A model generated the notes under the pieces. That model ran no database searches and was not told the origin of the DNA. It was given only the letters and a program-made list of their open reading frames with translations. The position numbers were made by a program, and so were the translations under genes. From NCBI GenBank assembly GCA_050744045.1, contig JBOGGK010000361.1:1-30487 (forward strand): 30,487 bases of DNA, in the 5' to 3' direction. The first letter of the stretch is position 1. Every line of letters starts with the position of its first letter. Positions 28,898 through 30,487 of this stretch are shown one piece after another. The stretch is from Acidimicrobiales bacterium. Its GTDB lineage: Bacteria > Actinomycetota > Acidimicrobiia > Acidimicrobiales > Palsa-688.

Positions 28898-28985
28898 CTT
28901 TAGGGTGACTCTGGGCACCTCGAGCCCAGGTTGAACCGGAGGGCCGCCTGGGGGCGGGCCCGGCCGCCTGGGCCCGGCACCCCAG

Positions 28986-29040
28986 CCATGCACAACGTTA
29001 GACCGGGCCCGTCCACAGGATTTTGCACAGGTGTGGATGA
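28986..29040. promoter_or_regulatory. Cluster of imperfect DnaA boxes between convergent trxA and parB
   Basis: CCATGCACA 28986-28994, CCGTCCACA 29009-29017, TTTTGCACA 29021-29029 and TGTGGATGA 29032-29040. Confidence 0.55.
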
Positions 29041-29109
29041 GGTCGAGGTGCCCCGAATGTGTACTAGCGGTTCAGCGGTGGCGCCAGCCGGGCAAGAGGC
29101 GGCCGCCCC

Positions 29110-29997
29110 TCAGCGTTCCGTCCCGTCGGCTTGCTCGGTCATCGCCCGGTAAATGCGCTCGAGGTCCTCCAGAGTGGCGAACTCGATCACGACCCGCCCC
29201 CGGCTCTGGCCCATGTCGACTCGTACTCGGGTGTTGAGGTGCTCGGCCAGGAGCTCTTCAAGCTCGAGGATGCCGGGCGGGCGCAGGCGCGGCGCGCTTT
29301 TCGGGCCCGGGACTGCCTCCTCGGTTGACGACATCTGGTTGCGTTGGCGCACCGCGTCCTCGACGGCACGGACCGAGAGTTGCTCGTTGGCGGCGCGCCT
29401 GGCGAGCGACTCCTGGAAGGCCCTGTCCGGCGTGCCGAGGAGGGCACGGGCGTGGCCGGCACTGAGGCGGCTCTCGGCAACCAGGCGTTGCACCGATGGG
29501 GGGAGCTGGAAAAGGCGCAAGGAGTTGGTAATCGCGGCCCGGCTCTTGCCGACGCGGCCCGACAGTTGCTCATGGGTGAGGTCGAAGTCCTCGATCAATT
29601 GCTGGTACCCGGCCGCCTCCTCGAGCGGGTTCAGCTCTTCGCGGTTGAGGTTCTCGATCAGCGCCTGCTCCAGGCTCTCGCTGTCGGAGGCCTTCCTGAC
29701 AATCGCCGGTACGGTGGCCAGCCCCGCCCGCCGGGCCGCCCGCCAGCGCCGCTCGCCGGCGATGAGCTCGTACTCGTCGTCGGATATCTGGCGCACGAGG
29801 ACCGGTTGCAATATGCCGACCTCTCTTACCGACGCGACCAGTGACGCGAGAGCTCCTTCGTCGAAATGCGAACGCGGTTGGCGGCGGTTCGGCCGGACCG
29901 CGCTGACCGCTAGTTCTGCCAGCGAACCCCGGTCCTTCAAGACTTCCGTGGGGATCAGGGCGCCCAAGCCCCTACCCAGCCCGCTGCGGCGCGCCAC
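29110..29997 (-). CDS. parB: Chromosome partitioning protein ParB
   Basis: GLGRGLGALIP, PN..QPR..F, GILQP, CTP motif IAGERRWRA, ALIENL.RE.LNPLEEA, HTH and SAGHARAL. Confidence 0.97.
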   Translation of the reverse strand: MARRSGLGRGLGALIPTEVLKDRGSLAELAVSAVRPNRRQPRSHFDEGALASLVASVREVGILQPVLVRQISDDEYELIAGERRWRAARRAGLATVPAIVRKASDSESLEQALIENLNREELNPLEEAAGYQQLIEDFDLTHEQLSGRVGKSRAAITNSLRLFQLPPSVQRLVAESRLSAGHARALLGTPDRAFQESLARRAANEQLSVRAVEDAVRQRNQMSSTEEAVPGPKSAPRLRPPGILELEELLAEHLNTRVRVDMGQSRGRVVIEFATLEDLERIYRAMTEQADGTER

Positions 29998-30487
29998 CGC
30001 TCACCTCCCTGGCCAGCTCCCGGTAGGCCGTAGCACCCCGGGACGAAGGGTCGAAGACGATGATGGGTTGCCCGAAAGAGGGGGCCTCGGAGAGCCGAAC
30101 CGTCCTGGGTACCACGCTCCGGCATACCCGATCGCCGAAATGGTCCCGCACCTCGGTGACAACTTGCTCGGCCAGGCGGGTACGGGCATCGAACATCGTC
30201 ATGATGATCGTTGTTACCGTGAGGCCGGGGTTGAGGTTGGCCCGCACCCGCTCGATGTTGCGCAGGAGCTGGCCCAGGCCTTCCAGGGCGTAGTACTCGC
30301 ACTGGATGGGCACAGCCACCTCGCTGGCGGCGGCCAGGGCATTGACCGTCAGCAGGCCCAACGACGGCGGGCAGTCGATCAAGACGAAGTCGAAGTCGTC
30401 CAGTACCGCAGCTATCGCCCGCTTCAGCCTGAGCTCCCGGCTGAAGGCGGGCACGAGCTCGATCTCGGCCCCGGCGAGGTCGATGGT
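29972..30487 (-). CDS. parA: Chromosome partitioning ATPase ParA/Soj (5' part outside window)
   Basis: TIDLAGAEIELV, IDCPPSLGLLTVNAL, PIQCEYYALEGL and VRLSEAPSFG. The frame stays open to the window edge. Confidence 0.95.
   Translation of the reverse strand, partial: TIDLAGAEIELVPAFSRELRLKRAIAAVLDDFDFVLIDCPPSLGLLTVNALAAASEVAVPIQCEYYALEGLGQLLRNIERVRANLNPGLTVTTIIMTMFDARTRLAEQVVTEVRDHFGDRVCRSVVPRTVRLSEAPSFGQPIIVFDPSSRGATAYRELAREVSGGAPQRAG

Overview
High-GC actinobacterial chromosomal origin region, probably class Acidimicrobiia (inferred from gene content and protein style, not verified). From left to right: a small accessory patch (truncated SRPBCC gene, yciI-like gene, PLP aminotransferase) next to tRNA-Ile(GAT); the minus-strand replication cluster dnaA-oriC-dnaN-recF-dciA-gyrB-gyrA-DUF3566; dnaB head-to-head with dnaA where rpmH is normally found; rpsF-ssb-rpsR-rplI, DUF5318, cca and a lone PilT/PilU ATPase on the minus strand; a plus-strand envelope block (GNAT, DUF6049-like protein, murJ, degV, Ser/Thr kinase, 2-TM protein, trxB, trxA); then parB and a partial parA. 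Most genes are housekeeping, and the interest lies in the architecture. (1) The origin is rearranged, with divergent dnaA/dnaB and ribosomal protein genes facing oriC. (2) The MviN-like locus is split, and its kinase keeps all catalytic motifs. (3) gyrB and gyrA are in frame and separated only by one TAG. (4) The orphan PilU-like gene has a sigma28-like promoter. (5) A second DnaA-box cluster lies about 18.5 kb from oriC. No transposase, integrase, prophage gene or CRISPR array was seen. All family assignments come from reading motifs by eye; no searches were run.
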